Assembly (NCBI RefSeq): GCF_030682845.1 | Contig: NZ_JAUXNK010000075.1 | Span: forward strand, 4,234-68,233 | Direction of reading: 5' to 3' | Source of the DNA: Methanolobus sp. | GTDB lineage: Archaea > Halobacteriota > Methanosarcinia > Methanosarcinales > Methanosarcinaceae | DNA length: 64,000 nt | In this document: positions 39,356 through 50,652 of the stretch, piece after piece | Position numbering within the stretch: the stretch's first letter is position 1 | Layout of the letters: each line of letters starts with the position of its first letter | Made by a program: the position numbers and the translations under genes | Notes under the pieces: model-generated | What the model was told of the DNA's origin: nothing | The model's input: the letters and a program-made list of their open reading frames with translations, nothing else | The model's database searches: none

Positions 39356-40477
39356 ATGGCCAGTAAAGTCTCCATAGTTCGCTGCACTGACTATTCTGTC
39401 GCCGCAGAGAGCGTCAGGATGTCAGTTAACCTGATAGGCGGTCTCTCTGCAGTTATCAAAAAGGGTAATCGTGTGCTTCTCAAGCCCAACATCCTTGCTG
39501 CACGCAGGCCGGAAGAAGCTGTTACCACCCATCCGGCCATAATCTCCACACTGTGTGAGATTGTGCGCGAGGCCGGCGGCATCCCGGTAATAGGTGATGG
39601 CGCAGGTATCGCCCGTCCGGGAGCGACTGCTGAGGCGTTCGTAGTCTCAGGGATAGCTGCAGTGGCAGAAGAGCTGGATGTCGAGCTCATCAATTTCCAG
39701 ACTGCAGGCTTTAAGCTAGTAAATGTGCCGAATTCCAGACACTTTCCACAACTCTTCGTATCAAAGGCTGTGCTGGATGCAGATGTCATAATATCCCTTC
39801 CAAAGCTCAAGACCCATGAACTGACCTATTACACAGGTGCTGTCAAGAATATGTTCGGCGCGCTGCCGCTGAAGGCCAGAAAAGAGATGCATCTCCTTGC
39901 CGAGAGGCGGTTGTTCGGAGAGGCTGTGATCGATCTTTACACCGTGACAAGGCCCCACCTTGCTGTGATGGACGGCGTTGTAGGAATGGAAGGCAACGGT
40001 CCTTCACACGGTAAGCCGGTAAATACGGGTGTTGTAATGGCAAGCTATGATCCTGTTTCCCTGGATATAGTTGCATCCAGGCTGATAGGGCTTGACCCGA
40101 TGAAGGTCCCAACAACCCGGGCGGCGCTTGAAAGAGGATTGGGGACTGTGGAACCTGAAGTAGCAGGAATTCCGCTCGATGAGGTAGCAGTAAAGTACAA
40201 ACCCTCCAACGGAGGTATCCTGTTCAATGTCCCGCCTGTTATCACTCGTATATTCGGAAGATACTACACCGTAAGGCCGTGCATAGATGCTTCAAAGTGC
40301 ATCCTTTGCGGAGCGTGCGCTGGTGCCTGTCCGGTCCATGCCATTGAAAGTAAGAATGGAAAGCTCAGGATCGACAATGAAAGATGCATCCTGTGTTACT
40401 GCTGTCGTGAGATGTGCCCGCAGAACGCAGTAGCATCCGATAGGTCCCTGCTTGCAAGAATACTTGCAAATGCCTGA
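39356..40477 (+). CDS. DUF362 domain protein with C-terminal 2x[4Fe-4S] ferredoxin
   Basis: LKPN, VTTHP, PKLKTH..T.YTGAVKN, DG.VGMEGNGP; CxxCxxCxxxCP twice. Confidence 0.9.
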   Translation: MASKVSIVRCTDYSVAAESVRMSVNLIGGLSAVIKKGNRVLLKPNILAARRPEEAVTTHPAIISTLCEIVREAGGIPVIGDGAGIARPGATAEAFVVSGIAAVAEELDVELINFQTAGFKLVNVPNSRHFPQLFVSKAVLDADVIISLPKLKTHELTYYTGAVKNMFGALPLKARKEMHLLAERRLFGEAVIDLYTVTRPHLAVMDGVVGMEGNGPSHGKPVNTGVVMASYDPVSLDIVASRLIGLDPMKVPTTRAALERGLGTVEPEVAGIPLDEVAVKYKPSNGGILFNVPPVITRIFGRYYTVRPCIDASKCILCGACAGACPVHAIESKNGKLRIDNERCILCYCCREMCPQNAVASDRSLLARILANA

Positions 40478-40504
40478 AGTAAAAAATAAAAAAGGATAGC
40501 CAGC

Positions 40505-41983
40505 TCAGAGCTGGCATATCTCACTCTTGCGTAGCCAGTCTATATCGGACTGGTACAGAAGGCGCAGATCCTTAAGCCCCAGCTTCAGCATGGCCAGACG
40601 GCTTACGCCAAGTCCCCATGCAAGTACCGGGTACTTGATTCCCAGGGGCTGTGTCACTTCTTTCCTGAACACGCCTGCTCCCCCAAGTTCTACCCAGCCA
40701 AGCCCTTCGACATATACTTCCGGCTCGACACTGGGCTCTGTGTATGGGAAGTAACCGGGCCTGAAGCGCACATCCTCAAATCCCATCCTGTGATAGAACT
40801 CCTTCAGGCATCCCAGCAGATTGGCAAAGGACATGTCTTTATCCATAACGACACCTTCCAGCTGCTCGAACTCGGGTGTATGGGTTGGATCTATGGTCTC
40901 GCGGCGGTATGCCCTGTCAATGGAGAATGCTTTCACGGGAGGGTTGGGATTGTCTGCGAGATACTTGATGGTCAGAGCCGTAGTGTGCGTCCTGAGCACG
41001 TTCTTGCAGGCCACTTCTTCGCTCCAGGTGCCTCCCCAGCCGGTTGAGTCGGTATCTCCGCCATATTCGTGCATGGTACAGACATTATCCTTATATTCCG
41101 CTGGTAGTTCCGAAGTACTGGAAAGGTGGAAAGTGTCCTGCATCTCTCTTGCAGGATGGTCCTGAGGCTGGAACAGTGAATCGAAATTCCAGAACGAACT
41201 CTGCACGACCTCCCCCTTGATCTCAGTGAAACCCATATCCAGGAAGATCCGTCTCATCTGGTCTATCAGGCGCTGGTATGGATGGGATTTCGCACCGTAT
41301 ATGGCCCTTGGCTGAGTGTGGATATTGTAAGGCCTGAACTTCATATCCTTCCATTGTCCGCTCTTGAGCATCTCTGAAGTGATCTGGGCAACCTCTTCTT
41401 CGATTACGATTCCGGAGGCAGCCACTTCAAGACCCTCGGGGGTGATACTAACAGAACGGTGTTTATCTTCTTTTTTGGTCACAAGTTTACGTTTGAGCAG
41501 CTCGGCAACAATTCCTGTGTCTGTTCCCAGTTCCTCAATAGTTCTTGCCCGACCTTCAAATTTCTCCAGCACATGTTCATCCTCTCCCTTCCCGGCATTA
41601 CCGGTAGGTACGACCACTCCATTTTCTATGTTGGCCCATCCCTTGCGGCGCAGCCAGCCGGTAGCTATGCCGGCTACATCCGGAGAGAATCTCTGCTTGA
41701 GTTCCTGCATTGGTATCGGCTCAGAGATAGCATCAATTACCTTCCTCTCCGGAAGCCCTTCGGAAGCATACTTCTGTCCCTCGCTGGTGAGCTCATAGGT
41801 CTCTATGATACTTTCATCCACCCGTGCAAGGCCGTTCTCTTCCAGCAGGAAAGCTGCCTGCATCGCAGTCTCTATTTTCATTCCTGCATTTTGCGCAAGC
41901 TCTCCCGGAGTTGCCTTCTTCAACTTTTCAAGTGAGATCAGCAGGGTCTTCTCATTAGATGTAAGGTTATAACGGGATTTCAT
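40505..41983 (-). CDS. pheS: Phenylalanine--tRNA ligase alpha subunit (archaeal type)
   Basis: [50 protein letters not shown]. Confidence 0.97.
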   Translation of the reverse strand: MKSRYNLTSNEKTLLISLEKLKKATPGELAQNAGMKIETAMQAAFLLEENGLARVDESIIETYELTSEGQKYASEGLPERKVIDAISEPIPMQELKQRFSPDVAGIATGWLRRKGWANIENGVVVPTGNAGKGEDEHVLEKFEGRARTIEELGTDTGIVAELLKRKLVTKKEDKHRSVSITPEGLEVAASGIVIEEEVAQITSEMLKSGQWKDMKFRPYNIHTQPRAIYGAKSHPYQRLIDQMRRIFLDMGFTEIKGEVVQSSFWNFDSLFQPQDHPAREMQDTFHLSSTSELPAEYKDNVCTMHEYGGDTDSTGWGGTWSEEVACKNVLRTHTTALTIKYLADNPNPPVKAFSIDRAYRRETIDPTHTPEFEQLEGVVMDKDMSFANLLGCLKEFYHRMGFEDVRFRPGYFPYTEPSVEPEVYVEGLGWVELGGAGVFRKEVTQPLGIKYPVLAWGLGVSRLAMLKLGLKDLRLLYQSDIDWLRKSEICQL

Positions 41984-41993
41984 AATTGCACCT

Positions 41994-43301
41994 TCATTTT
42001 CTCTTTAAACCATATTCTTCAAGCCTGTCCTTCGCATGCTCGCGTAGCTCCTGATGTTCCCTGAGGAACCTTTCCATCCTCTCCGCAGCAAGGGCCTTGC
42101 AGTTGCCACAAACCTTTTGTCCGCCCACGCATTCGCTATATATCAATGCAAGCTCCTCTTCATCCTCCACGAGATGGAACATCAGCAATTCGTAGACTGA
42201 ACACTTCCCAGGCTCGCCGCCGAGCTTCTTTTGCTCCTCAAGTGTCATCCTGCCGCCAGTCTTTGCCCTTTTAACCTTCTTTGCGGCTTCCTTTGGATCT
42301 TCTGTTAGTGAGATATAACTTTCAGGAACACTGCTTGACATTTTCCCGCCCTGCAGTCCTGACATGAACCTGTGGTAAGTGGAACATGGGGGAACGAACG
42401 CATACCCACCTGACCTAAGCTCCACTTCCCGTACGATTCGGAGCAACTCATCAAAGTTATCGCAGTCCTGAACGTCCAGGTGCCCTTCAAACAGTTTTGT
42501 CCTGCCGGGGATACGCTCCTGAAGCTCTTTCATGGATTCCTGAGATGCAGTTTTGCTTCGTATGCTGAAGTAGCCGTTGCCTTCCTTGTCCTTGCGTCTC
42601 TCTATCTTGAGCATATTCATTTTATTGCCCAGCCCTCTTGTGAGGCGAATATGCGGGTCCTGGTCCGCACCCACTGGTATGACTGTGGGTTTTGGCCCGC
42701 CGTATTCTTCGAGTTGCGGGTGCAGTATATCGGCACTCTGGGTCACGGCACTTAGCATGTGAGATACGCTGGTCTCCCCCGTGAACCCGTAGATAGCGCT
42801 CAGTTCTGAGAAGTTTGCCTTTGACCCTAGCTCAAAAGCCAGGTCCTTCACCTGCTGCGAGTCCGACTGGAAGTATATGTGCCCCTTTGGTTCGAAACCA
42901 AGGGCAATAAGGCTGATTATGTATTCTTCGATACCGATGTCCCTGCACCTTTCCCAGGAGATACCCCTGACAGCATGTGCTTCCCTGTCTGCGATACCGA
43001 CAAAAGCATCGGCGCCTTGCTGCTGGTGCCAGATGATCTCTTCCATCACCATCTTGTGTCCAAGGTGTATCTTACCGGAGGGCATGAATCCGCTCATAAC
43101 GGAGAATGGTTTACTGTTATTCATTGCATCGGCTATCATGTCGTAGTCACGATGGCCGAAAATGACCTTCCTGCGCATGTACCTGTGCGGATTCGGTATC
43201 TCCGAAAGCACATTATCAAAAGGTAATATCCCAAACTCTTCAAATAACTTGGAATAATCTTCTATGATCAATGCACTCCAGGGGTCGATCTTCATATTCA
43301 T
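41994..43301 (-). CDS. trpS: Tryptophan--tRNA ligase
   Basis: [12 protein letters not shown] (HIGH), GADQDPH, KMSSS. Confidence 0.96.
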   Translation of the reverse strand: MNMKIDPWSALIIEDYSKLFEEFGILPFDNVLSEIPNPHRYMRRKVIFGHRDYDMIADAMNNSKPFSVMSGFMPSGKIHLGHKMVMEEIIWHQQQGADAFVGIADREAHAVRGISWERCRDIGIEEYIISLIALGFEPKGHIYFQSDSQQVKDLAFELGSKANFSELSAIYGFTGETSVSHMLSAVTQSADILHPQLEEYGGPKPTVIPVGADQDPHIRLTRGLGNKMNMLKIERRKDKEGNGYFSIRSKTASQESMKELQERIPGRTKLFEGHLDVQDCDNFDELLRIVREVELRSGGYAFVPPCSTYHRFMSGLQGGKMSSSVPESYISLTEDPKEAAKKVKRAKTGGRMTLEEQKKLGGEPGKCSVYELLMFHLVEDEEELALIYSECVGGQKVCGNCKALAAERMERFLREHQELREHAKDRLEEYGLKRK

Positions 43302-43539
43302 TTGAGGCCTCTTTATATCGAATGGTCAGATAGGAGCACTCGTTTTCCTATAAGCGTGTCGCATAAAATTGTTAGTAAAAATACGTAGTGATATGTAAAG
43401 GTTCTTATCGCAAGTCCGGGCATACATTCCAATTTTCATCAAATATGCCGTAATTGGATTTTACTGGCAAAACAAAAAACTGCTGGGAAACCTTGATACA
43501 AACGATTTCCATAAAGTGAAAAAGAAGTCAATGATAAGT

Positions 43540-44742
43540 TTAGTGTTCTATTTTTTCGATATCGTAAGGTTTCGATGCACCTTCAGGTATCTTTTCCACA
43601 AGCTCCAGATATTCTCTTTCCTGCATAAGACAGGTGCTGCGCTGCCCTCTGAAAGCCTTGTCCTTACGTATGCTTTCCCATATATCCTTCATGCTGTCCC
43701 TGCTGATGTTCCCATAACTGAAGGGAATGTAGGGGCAGGGCTTGACCGCGCCGTCCACACATATGTGGAGCCATCTCTGGCCTGCCATGCAACCAAGCAT
43801 CTTTCCCTCGAAATACGAGTTTGCAAAAAGACGGGGTCCTTTCCCGGTAGAATTGATGCGGTGGTACATGTCAAGGACAATTCGCCTGTCATCTTCCGTT
43901 ATTATGGCATCACCTTTCTTTTTGGGAACTGATTCCCAAAGTGAGAACTCATGCACACCTATCTGCCTTGCCAGTTCGTACATGGCAGGCAGTTCACCTA
44001 TGTTCTTCGGTGAAACGTGCGTTGCCATTGTGACAAGCAAACCTGCTTCAAGTCCCATTTTCATAGCACCCGTGGCTATCTCAAAAGCTCCTTCGAGGCG
44101 ACGTACAGCATCATGCTTTGCAGGGTCAGTGGAGTAGAGGCTCACAAGCAGGTTATGCAGTCCTGCTTCCTTGAGCCTCTTTGCGTTCTCAGGAGTCATC
44201 TCGGTTCCTGGAGTGTACATATTGACTATGGCGCGTTCCTTGTCGACATAGTCTATGAGCTCGTATATCTCTTCCCGCATCATGGGGTCGCCTTCGGTGA
44301 ACACTATAACCATTGCTCCCATGTCAAGTACTTCATCTATTGCACGCTTGATCGTGTTTATATCCAGATCGCCCTCCCCTCCGCTTACAACACAGTGTTC
44401 GCATTTGCATTTGCATTGGCGGGTAATTTCAAAAGAAACGGTTTCAGGGATGTACCTTCCAAGGGCTATCTGGGTTTCAGCCATAAGAAGTCTCTTGAAG
44501 GCTTTACCCGGTATGGGCGGAAGCCATGTGGAAGCCACAACATAGTCTTTTGTAACAAGAGCTGGCCTTTCCTCCTTGAGTCTTTCGTTGATCCTGCTTA
44601 GAAAAGGAGCGCAAGCCTTGTGCAAGCCTCCGGTTGCCTTCAACTGGATGAAATCGTCTTTTTTATCCATCCTGATGGAAAGTCCCGGTATTGAGAGTAA
44701 CGTGATCTTCTCGTCCTGTGAGTCTGCATGATCCGGTTTCAT
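43540..44742 (-). CDS. Radical SAM protein with SPASM/twitch-like C-terminus
   Basis: CxxxCxxC (CKCKCEHC), GDPMMR, CMAG....ICVDG.VKPCPY, late Cys. Confidence 0.9.
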   Translation of the reverse strand: MKPDHADSQDEKITLLSIPGLSIRMDKKDDFIQLKATGGLHKACAPFLSRINERLKEERPALVTKDYVVASTWLPPIPGKAFKRLLMAETQIALGRYIPETVSFEITRQCKCKCEHCVVSGGEGDLDINTIKRAIDEVLDMGAMVIVFTEGDPMMREEIYELIDYVDKERAIVNMYTPGTEMTPENAKRLKEAGLHNLLVSLYSTDPAKHDAVRRLEGAFEIATGAMKMGLEAGLLVTMATHVSPKNIGELPAMYELARQIGVHEFSLWESVPKKKGDAIITEDDRRIVLDMYHRINSTGKGPRLFANSYFEGKMLGCMAGQRWLHICVDGAVKPCPYIPFSYGNISRDSMKDIWESIRKDKAFRGQRSTCLMQEREYLELVEKIPEGASKPYDIEKIEH

Positions 44743-45526
44743 CTGGTTTTCTCCTGTCATTGAGTGTTTCCGTGGAGAAAACATCCGCTTCCTTACCTAT
44801 GACGGACTGTGTTGGGTAGACAACGATCCCGTGATCGGTCATAACATAAGGGCGCAACACCTCATCGTGTTTGGTGCCTCGCATCTTCAGTATCTCTATA
44901 GACCTGATCCTTTCTCCGCCAATCCTCAATACCTTAAGGCAAATAACTCCTTCGGCAAGATATTCTTCTACGCTGAAATGGTCCGGGTCATTATTGAGTT
45001 CGCTTGTTATCAGGGTAGTGCAATCAAAGCTCTCGATATTCTTGATGAATTCAAGGATGATGTACCTGACATTGACCGGGTCGGGAGTAATCTTGAGGGA
45101 TGTCATAGAGTCAATGAACAGACGTTTGGCGCCAATTTCCTGTACGCTGGCGTATATCTGCCGCAGAACAGCCTCAATGGTGGTCGTATCTGTTTCACTG
45201 CCGGACCCTGCATCCTGGTTCTTCTTGATGTACCTTTCATAAGCGATGGGGTCTACCCTGATCATACGTAGCTTGTCTTCTTTTACGAGCCTCTCAAGGT
45301 CCCAGCCATGTCTCCACATATTGCGCATGATGCGCGCAGGTGTCTCCTCGAAGGTGACATAGACTCCTGTTTCTCCGTATCTTGTGATACCTTCATACAG
45401 GTACTGTGCTCCGAAGGTTGACTTTCCGGCTCCAGGCCCGCCTATGAGGAGGATCACATCATTCTCTATGAAGCCGCCTTCTATAAGCTGGTCAAATCCG
45501 GGTATTCCAGTAGGTACGCGAGCCAT
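44663..45526 (-). CDS. KaiC/RAD55-family single-domain ATPase
   Basis: TGIPGFD, GGPGAGKS, FEE, IDS, EYLAEGVI, KMRG. Confidence 0.9.
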   Translation of the reverse strand: MARVPTGIPGFDQLIEGGFIENDVILLIGGPGAGKSTFGAQYLYEGITRYGETGVYVTFEETPARIMRNMWRHGWDLERLVKEDKLRMIRVDPIAYERYIKKNQDAGSGSETDTTTIEAVLRQIYASVQEIGAKRLFIDSMTSLKITPDPVNVRYIILEFIKNIESFDCTTLITSELNNDPDHFSVEEYLAEGVICLKVLRIGGERIRSIEILKMRGTKHDEVLRPYVMTDHGIVVYPTQSVIGKEADVFSTETLNDRRKPDETGSCRLTGREDHVTLNTGTFHQDG

Positions 45527-45661
45527 TCAAAACCTCGAGGTAAAATTAAAGCGATATTATATTCATGGCTTTTATATAATATAACCTATTGCTTATACAC
45601 GAGACTTAAAATGATAAATAAAAACAGATAAGGATCAGACATGCATCTGACCCTTTGGAGA

Positions 45662-46270
45662 TTATACCTTTTCTGCGAAGGCCAAAGTACCACTGAGGCG
45701 TTTTACTTTTATCTTCACTGCCTGGCCCTTTGCAGCGCCGGGAACGAAGATAGTGTATTTATCCACTTTGGCAATGCCGTCCCCTTTGGAGCCGACTGCA
45801 TCTATGTGAACTTCGTATTCCTTTCCTTCCTCAATAGCATCCTGCTTCACTGGCGCTGTGCTGCGTCTCTTCTTCACAGGTCTGTGGGCTCCACATGCAG
45901 AGCATTTCAACACGAGCACTCTTTCCATCTTGGTGAGTTGTGTGTCAGGCCTTGAACATTCAGAGCACATGACAAACTCTTCCACATAGGCTTCTATGTT
46001 GGACCGTATCTGGTCTTTTGAGAAGCGTCCCTGGAATATAGCACGCATGCCTTCTATCTTGCATGCGGTTCCCATCTCACGTGTAAGGTATTTCATCACG
46101 TGGTCTGGATCCCTGTTCAGGACATCCGCTATGTTGAGGAAGTTATCCAGAATGGTGGTCTTGCCTTCCATCATTATTTTAGGCTCAGGGATCACGAAAC
46201 GGATGTCCGTGGTCTCCTTGTCAGGCAGGTTCTCTATCGCACGGTTCAAAAGCGCTTCGTAATCTTTCAT
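45662..46270 (-). CDS. eif2b: Translation initiation factor aIF-2 beta with TRAM domain
   Basis: [29 protein letters not shown] zinc ribbon, TRAM (GSKGDGIA). Confidence 0.95.
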   Translation of the reverse strand: MKDYEALLNRAIENLPDKETTDIRFVIPEPKIMMEGKTTILDNFLNIADVLNRDPDHVMKYLTREMGTACKIEGMRAIFQGRFSKDQIRSNIEAYVEEFVMCSECSRPDTQLTKMERVLVLKCSACGAHRPVKKRRSTAPVKQDAIEEGKEYEVHIDAVGSKGDGIAKVDKYTIFVPGAAKGQAVKIKVKRLSGTLAFAEKV

Positions 46271-46294
46271 ACCATCACTCCCAAGTCCTACACT

Positions 46295-46813
46295 TTACTG
46301 CACCAGCTCAAGTCCCTGATCGATAGTGATCCTGACTGGAGTCGGCAGTTTGTGGCCAGCCTTTCGAAGTGCATCCTTTGCTGTTGCAAAGTTCTCTTTA
46401 TTGACTGAGATCGTGAATATCTTCTGTCCTACAGAAACCCTTGCTGCGGTACTTACATTCTTGCCATAGGCGCCACGCATACCACTGGATACACGGTCTG
46501 CACCTGCTCCGGTTGCCTGCTTGTTCTCTCTGAGCACCTCGTGAGGATAGACTCTCAGTTTGAGGTGGAAGCCTGTACGTCCAGCTGCAGCTGTTATGGC
46601 CCTGTTGGCAGTGATACGTGCGGCCTCAAGTGCAGTATGGCGTATCTGGCATCTTTCCTCAACTACCAGTGAAAGCTTTATCGGGAACTCGAAATTCTTG
46701 TTACCCATATCGTAGTGAATGACCTGGCTTCCAGGCACACCACCCATGTATTTTCTTCTTGTGAATGAACGCTGTCTTACGTTCCTGTACATACTTGCTG
46801 GTTTTCTTACCAT
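46295..46813 (-). CDS. rpl10e: 50S ribosomal protein L10e/uL16
   Basis: [44 protein letters not shown]. Confidence 0.97.
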   Translation of the reverse strand: MVRKPASMYRNVRQRSFTRRKYMGGVPGSQVIHYDMGNKNFEFPIKLSLVVEERCQIRHTALEAARITANRAITAAAGRTGFHLKLRVYPHEVLRENKQATGAGADRVSSGMRGAYGKNVSTAARVSVGQKIFTISVNKENFATAKDALRKAGHKLPTPVRITIDQGLELVQ

Positions 46814-47025
46814 GAGTTTAAGTCTCCTTGGATCGATTATAAGGATAAAGTCACTATCAATTTTACTTTTTAGTCCGTTCTTAATTGATATGTCCGTATA
46901 TGAATTTGTTGATATCGTAAAATATCAGTTGGATACGATTTCATCTGGATGGTTCATCCCCTACTACTTAGGACTTTATAAGCCTTATTGTCTTCATAAC
47001 TGTACTCTCGTATCCGTCTTCTAAT

Positions 47026-48105
47026 TTATATATGTGACCTTGCCTGTGTTTCCCGCAGGTAGGAAGCAAGCAGGCCATAACAACCTGAGAGCATCATGTT
47101 CCCAAAAGGCGCCGCAAAATGCAGCTTTTCCCATAATCTCATATTCTTTTTCTCAGATTGCATGTTCTTCAGTACATTAAGCCTGGGGCCGGTTACTATG
47201 ACTGACCTGATGGCATCAAAGCCTTCAGTCTCTTTTACATGGCACCCATGTCCGCCTTCATTGAACACATCATCGAATGAGAGTTTGCCATCCGCAAAAA
47301 GAATTATCTGCTCCTGTAACTTCTCCCCGGTAAGGCTGGATGTATGATGCTCGTAGAGCGCCCTGACCCTGTCATCTTTAACGATGGCTGCAAGGGTATG
47401 TCCGTTGCCTATGTTCACGACAATGGCCGGCTGTATCGCCGCAGGGTCGAACAGGGCCCCAAAGATTGCCGCAGGCCCTGTATCCATGAAGATCATTCCT
47501 TTTTTTTCCAGCGTGTGCGCTGCAGCCTTCATGCGCGTGAGATCTGCAGGGATGTCATCTCTGGTATATGCAAACCTCTCAAATTCCCCTCCCTCGCCTA
47601 TGATCCTCTCAAATATCCTGAACCTGTAAATGCGGTTGCTCAGGTAAGGTGAATTCCCATGGTCCTGGACGGCAACAGCGAACATATCGGGCATTTCCAC
47701 TCCAAAACCGGCCAAAGCCTTCCCAATGGCCTGCATATCAATATCCTGCAGGATTATTTCTTCGAGTGTTCCCGGTTTTGTATCATCATCACTTATTACC
47801 CTTATTCCCATTTCCTTCACTTTCTCAAGGTCATCGTTGATAGTAAGTGCGGCATCCGGGGTGGCATAGACTTCCAGTCCCTGCTTCAGATGCTGCCTTA
47901 CAGCCCTGGCTGAAGCCCCGCCTCCCATCAGGCTGCCTTTAAGGAAGATACCTTTATTCCTTGATCCGGCACCATATATCCTCCCGGCAATTACCACGGT
48001 AGGTGACGGCATTATCATTAAAAGGCTGTTCTCCACTTCCCTTTCCGTGTCGTACAGGACTATATCCTGGGTACCTGCACCTATATCGATTGCCAGTATT
48101 CTCAT
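47026..48105 (-). CDS. DUF1786 family protein (ASKHA-like)
   Basis: ILAIDIGAGTQD, AVAVQDHG, MDTG.AA, NIGNGHT, EHHT, GPR. Confidence 0.82.
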   Translation of the reverse strand: MRILAIDIGAGTQDIVLYDTEREVENSLLMIMPSPTVVIAGRIYGAGSRNKGIFLKGSLMGGGASARAVRQHLKQGLEVYATPDAALTINDDLEKVKEMGIRVISDDDTKPGTLEEIILQDIDMQAIGKALAGFGVEMPDMFAVAVQDHGNSPYLSNRIYRFRIFERIIGEGGEFERFAYTRDDIPADLTRMKAAAHTLEKKGMIFMDTGPAAIFGALFDPAAIQPAIVVNIGNGHTLAAIVKDDRVRALYEHHTSSLTGEKLQEQIILFADGKLSFDDVFNEGGHGCHVKETEGFDAIRSVIVTGPRLNVLKNMQSEKKNMRLWEKLHFAAPFGNMMLSGCYGLLASYLRETQARSHI

Positions 48106-48151
48106 GATCGTATCGAGTTGTTCATATACCCGGGTGCGTATAAAAGTTGGT

Positions 48152-48691
48152 ATGAAAGACTCCGCTGTAAAGGAACACCATAAAGGGAGCAAAGGCCCTT
48201 ACAGTTTTGCCATTATCATAATATCAAGTTCAAGATTTGAGAAATATGGTCATGTATCCTCTCCGCAGGAAGCGGAGGACAGGTCAGGGCAGATAATGGA
48301 GAGCCTGATTCTCCGGGAAGGCCACCGGATATACCGTTACCGGCTTGTGGATGACGACCCGGACTCTATCGCCGGCGCGGTCCTTGAGGCTGTAAAGTCG
48401 GATGCCGACATGGTTATAACTAGTGGTGGCACAGGTCTCACCTCAAGGGATGTGACCATCGAGTCCGTTGTGCCCATGTTCAGCAAGCAGATGCAGGGCT
48501 TCGGAGAGCTTTTCAGGTATAAGAGCATTGAGCAAATAGGCAATTCTGTTATACTCACCCGCGCCTCGGCTGGAGTTATATCGGGAAAGGCAGTCTTTTG
48601 CCTGCCTGGCTCTCCGGCTGCAGTGGAGTTAGCTCTGGGCGATATAATAATCCCTGAGGCAGGGCATATAATGAAACATGTACGCGAGTAA
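48152..48691 (+). CDS. moaB: MoaB/MogA molybdopterin adenylyltransferase family
   Basis: GGTGLTSRDVT, GFGELFR, SRA/TRASAG, LPGSP. Confidence 0.9.
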   Translation: MKDSAVKEHHKGSKGPYSFAIIIISSSRFEKYGHVSSPQEAEDRSGQIMESLILREGHRIYRYRLVDDDPDSIAGAVLEAVKSDADMVITSGGTGLTSRDVTIESVVPMFSKQMQGFGELFRYKSIEQIGNSVILTRASAGVISGKAVFCLPGSPAAVELALGDIIIPEAGHIMKHVRE

Positions 48692-48870
48692 AGAAAAAAG
48701 TTTTATATTGTTTGTTATATGTACATACCTGAGTAAATATTGTAAATATAGGCCGATAATTATATATTGCACATCTTAACAAAAGGTATGCACTGCACTT
48801 CATTGTGAGCCCGAAAAGAGTACAGATATGGCAGAGACATTCGCTACATTGTTCCCGTGATGGAGAAAGT

Positions 48871-49578
48871 ATGCCCGGTTATTCACTAGGTATCAAGGAA
48901 CTGGATGATTATTTAGGTAGCATCCGGGAAGGCACTAATCTTATGATGATAGGTCCGCCTATGAGCCGGAAGGACGAGTTGCTGGACGCTATCCTGTCCC
49001 ACAATCTCGGTGCCGATGACGGGGTGATCATAGTTTCCACCAGAGAACCCGGAGAGAGGGTACTGGAATGGTTCACAGACCAGGGTATAGACCTGTCAGA
49101 AGCCAACATCGGGGTAGTGGACTGTGTCACAAAGACCCTTGGAATGGGTGCATCCGACACGGCCAGGATAAAGCGGGCCTCAAGCCCCGTGGACCTGACT
49201 GGCATTGGTGTGAAGATTAGCCAGTTCTTCGAGGATTTCCTTGTAAAAAAGAACCTCGGAAAGATCAGGCTTTCCATAAATTCCCTTTCAACAATACTGA
49301 TGTACTCTAACCTGCAGACCGTTTTCAGGTTCCTGCACGTTTTTACCGGCCGTGTGAAAGCTGCGAATGGTTTCGGGTTGTATGTAGTGGAAGATGAGAT
49401 GCATGATGCACAAACCATAGCAACCTTAAAGCAACTTTTCGATGGGCTGATCGAGATAAAGGACATCGGGGATTCTTATGCTATGAGAGTAGTCGGTATG
49501 ACCTCAAAGCCGACCCCCTGGTTCGAGTATGATATCATAGGGACCGAAATAATTCTTAATAAGCCGAAAAAACCTTAG
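48871..49578 (+). CDS. RAD55/KaiC-like ATPase-fold protein with altered Walker A
   Basis: GIKELD, IGPPMSRKD, SLSTILMYS, FRFLHV.TGR, QLFDG.IE. Confidence 0.8.
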   Translation: MPGYSLGIKELDDYLGSIREGTNLMMIGPPMSRKDELLDAILSHNLGADDGVIIVSTREPGERVLEWFTDQGIDLSEANIGVVDCVTKTLGMGASDTARIKRASSPVDLTGIGVKISQFFEDFLVKKNLGKIRLSINSLSTILMYSNLQTVFRFLHVFTGRVKAANGFGLYVVEDEMHDAQTIATLKQLFDGLIEIKDIGDSYAMRVVGMTSKPTPWFEYDIIGTEIILNKPKKP

Positions 49579-49719
49579 GTCCCGGCAGATTACTTAAAAT
49601 ATGCGAAAGGGCATTTTCAGCCATATGTACCTGGCAAACAATAAGTGCGGTTTTACCGGACATATGTTTTTCACTAAAAGCAATTATAAAGTACAATCAT
49701 TATTATGTAGGTGTATCAC

Positions 49720-49980
49720 ATGGAAAAAGACAAATTATACAAGCTTAAGGCGGAAGCCTCAGGCATAAAACCAATTCTCAATATCGGCAAGAACGGGATT
49801 ACTGACGCTGTAGTTGAAGAGGTTAAAAAACAGGTCAAAGCGTACCGTCTGGTGAAGATCAAGATGTTAAAGACCACTCCTGAGGGAGAGGACGTTAAAG
49901 AGGCTGCGCAAAAGCTGGCTGAAGTTACGGGCACAACTCTTATAGAAGTGCGCGGCAGTACTGTGGTCCTCTATAGGTGA
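49720..49980 (+). CDS. YhbY/CRM-domain RNA-binding protein
   Basis: L.AEA..IKP...IGKNGIT, LVKIK, G.T.VLYR. Confidence 0.92.
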   Translation: MEKDKLYKLKAEASGIKPILNIGKNGITDAVVEEVKKQVKAYRLVKIKMLKTTPEGEDVKEAAQKLAEVTGTTLIEVRGSTVVLYR

Positions 49981-50000
49981 TCCTGTTAGGCTGAAGGATA

Positions 50001-50150
50001 TCAGGATGTTTCCGTGAATCTTTCACCGGAAACTATCTCGATGTCCTCAATAATGATCAGTTTTCCAGGCAGGATCCTTTTGAGTTCAGGGATAATGTCT
50101 CTTATTTTCTCTTCCCTGTCGACGGCCTGGATGATCACGGGCAGGTTAGT
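50001..50150 (-). pseudogene. 3' remnant of a DUF190-family (PII-like, crcB-associated) gene
   Basis: TNLPVIIQAVDREEKIRDIIPELKRILPGKLIIIEDIEIVSGE matches my recollection of the DUF190 C-terminal half; no N-terminal half or plausible start. Confidence 0.6.
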
Positions 50151-50184
50151 AAGATATATAATCTTAAGGTAACTATTTTCTCTC

Positions 50185-50652
50185 ATGGAAAAAAGTAGAT
50201 TCCCGGCAGTTCTCCTGGGAGTTCTTGTGCTCCTCCTCCTTCTCGGGGGCATCTATCTGGGAATGGTTCATTTGAAGGCTCAAAATCCTGGCGGATTGAA
50301 TGTGAGTTCCTCCAGGGCAGTGAATATGATAGAGACTAATCCTGCAGCAGCTGCCTTTATCTCTGACAATTTCAAGGTTTCAAGCTGGAGGGCGACAAAG
50401 ACTACGCTTATTCAGAGAGCTGAGTTCTTAAATAGCACTCAGGACGACCCCGACAGTAATGCAGCATACGGTGACCGGGTCTGGAAGGTCGAGATCATGG
50501 AACGTACCTGTGCATGCCCGGCGCCAAATGAACTTTATGTGGTTGAGGGCTATGTAGATGCAGATACGGGCAACATCCTTTACGTTAAAACTATGAAGGC
50601 TCCGGAGAAGAACTATGAAAAAGAGACCTGTGCTTCAACAGCCTGTCATTAA
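50185..50652 (+). CDS. Membrane-anchored protein with PepSY-like core, CAC and C-terminal CX4CH
   Basis: N-terminal TM; VWKVEI..YVDADTGNIL; ends TCASTACH. Confidence 0.75.
   Translation: MEKSRFPAVLLGVLVLLLLLGGIYLGMVHLKAQNPGGLNVSSSRAVNMIETNPAAAAFISDNFKVSSWRATKTTLIQRAEFLNSTQDDPDSNAAYGDRVWKVEIMERTCACPAPNELYVVEGYVDADTGNILYVKTMKAPEKNYEKETCASTACH

Noticed and set aside
44663-45526. Circadian clock KaiC
   Set aside because: Single RecA-like domain only; no kaiA/kaiB; typical archaeal KaiC-like family instead.
48811-48859. TATGGCAGAG shared with ~21518-21527, and a 10-aa uORF MAETFATLFP
   Set aside because: A 10-nt match is plausible by chance in 64 kb; no shared structure or SD.
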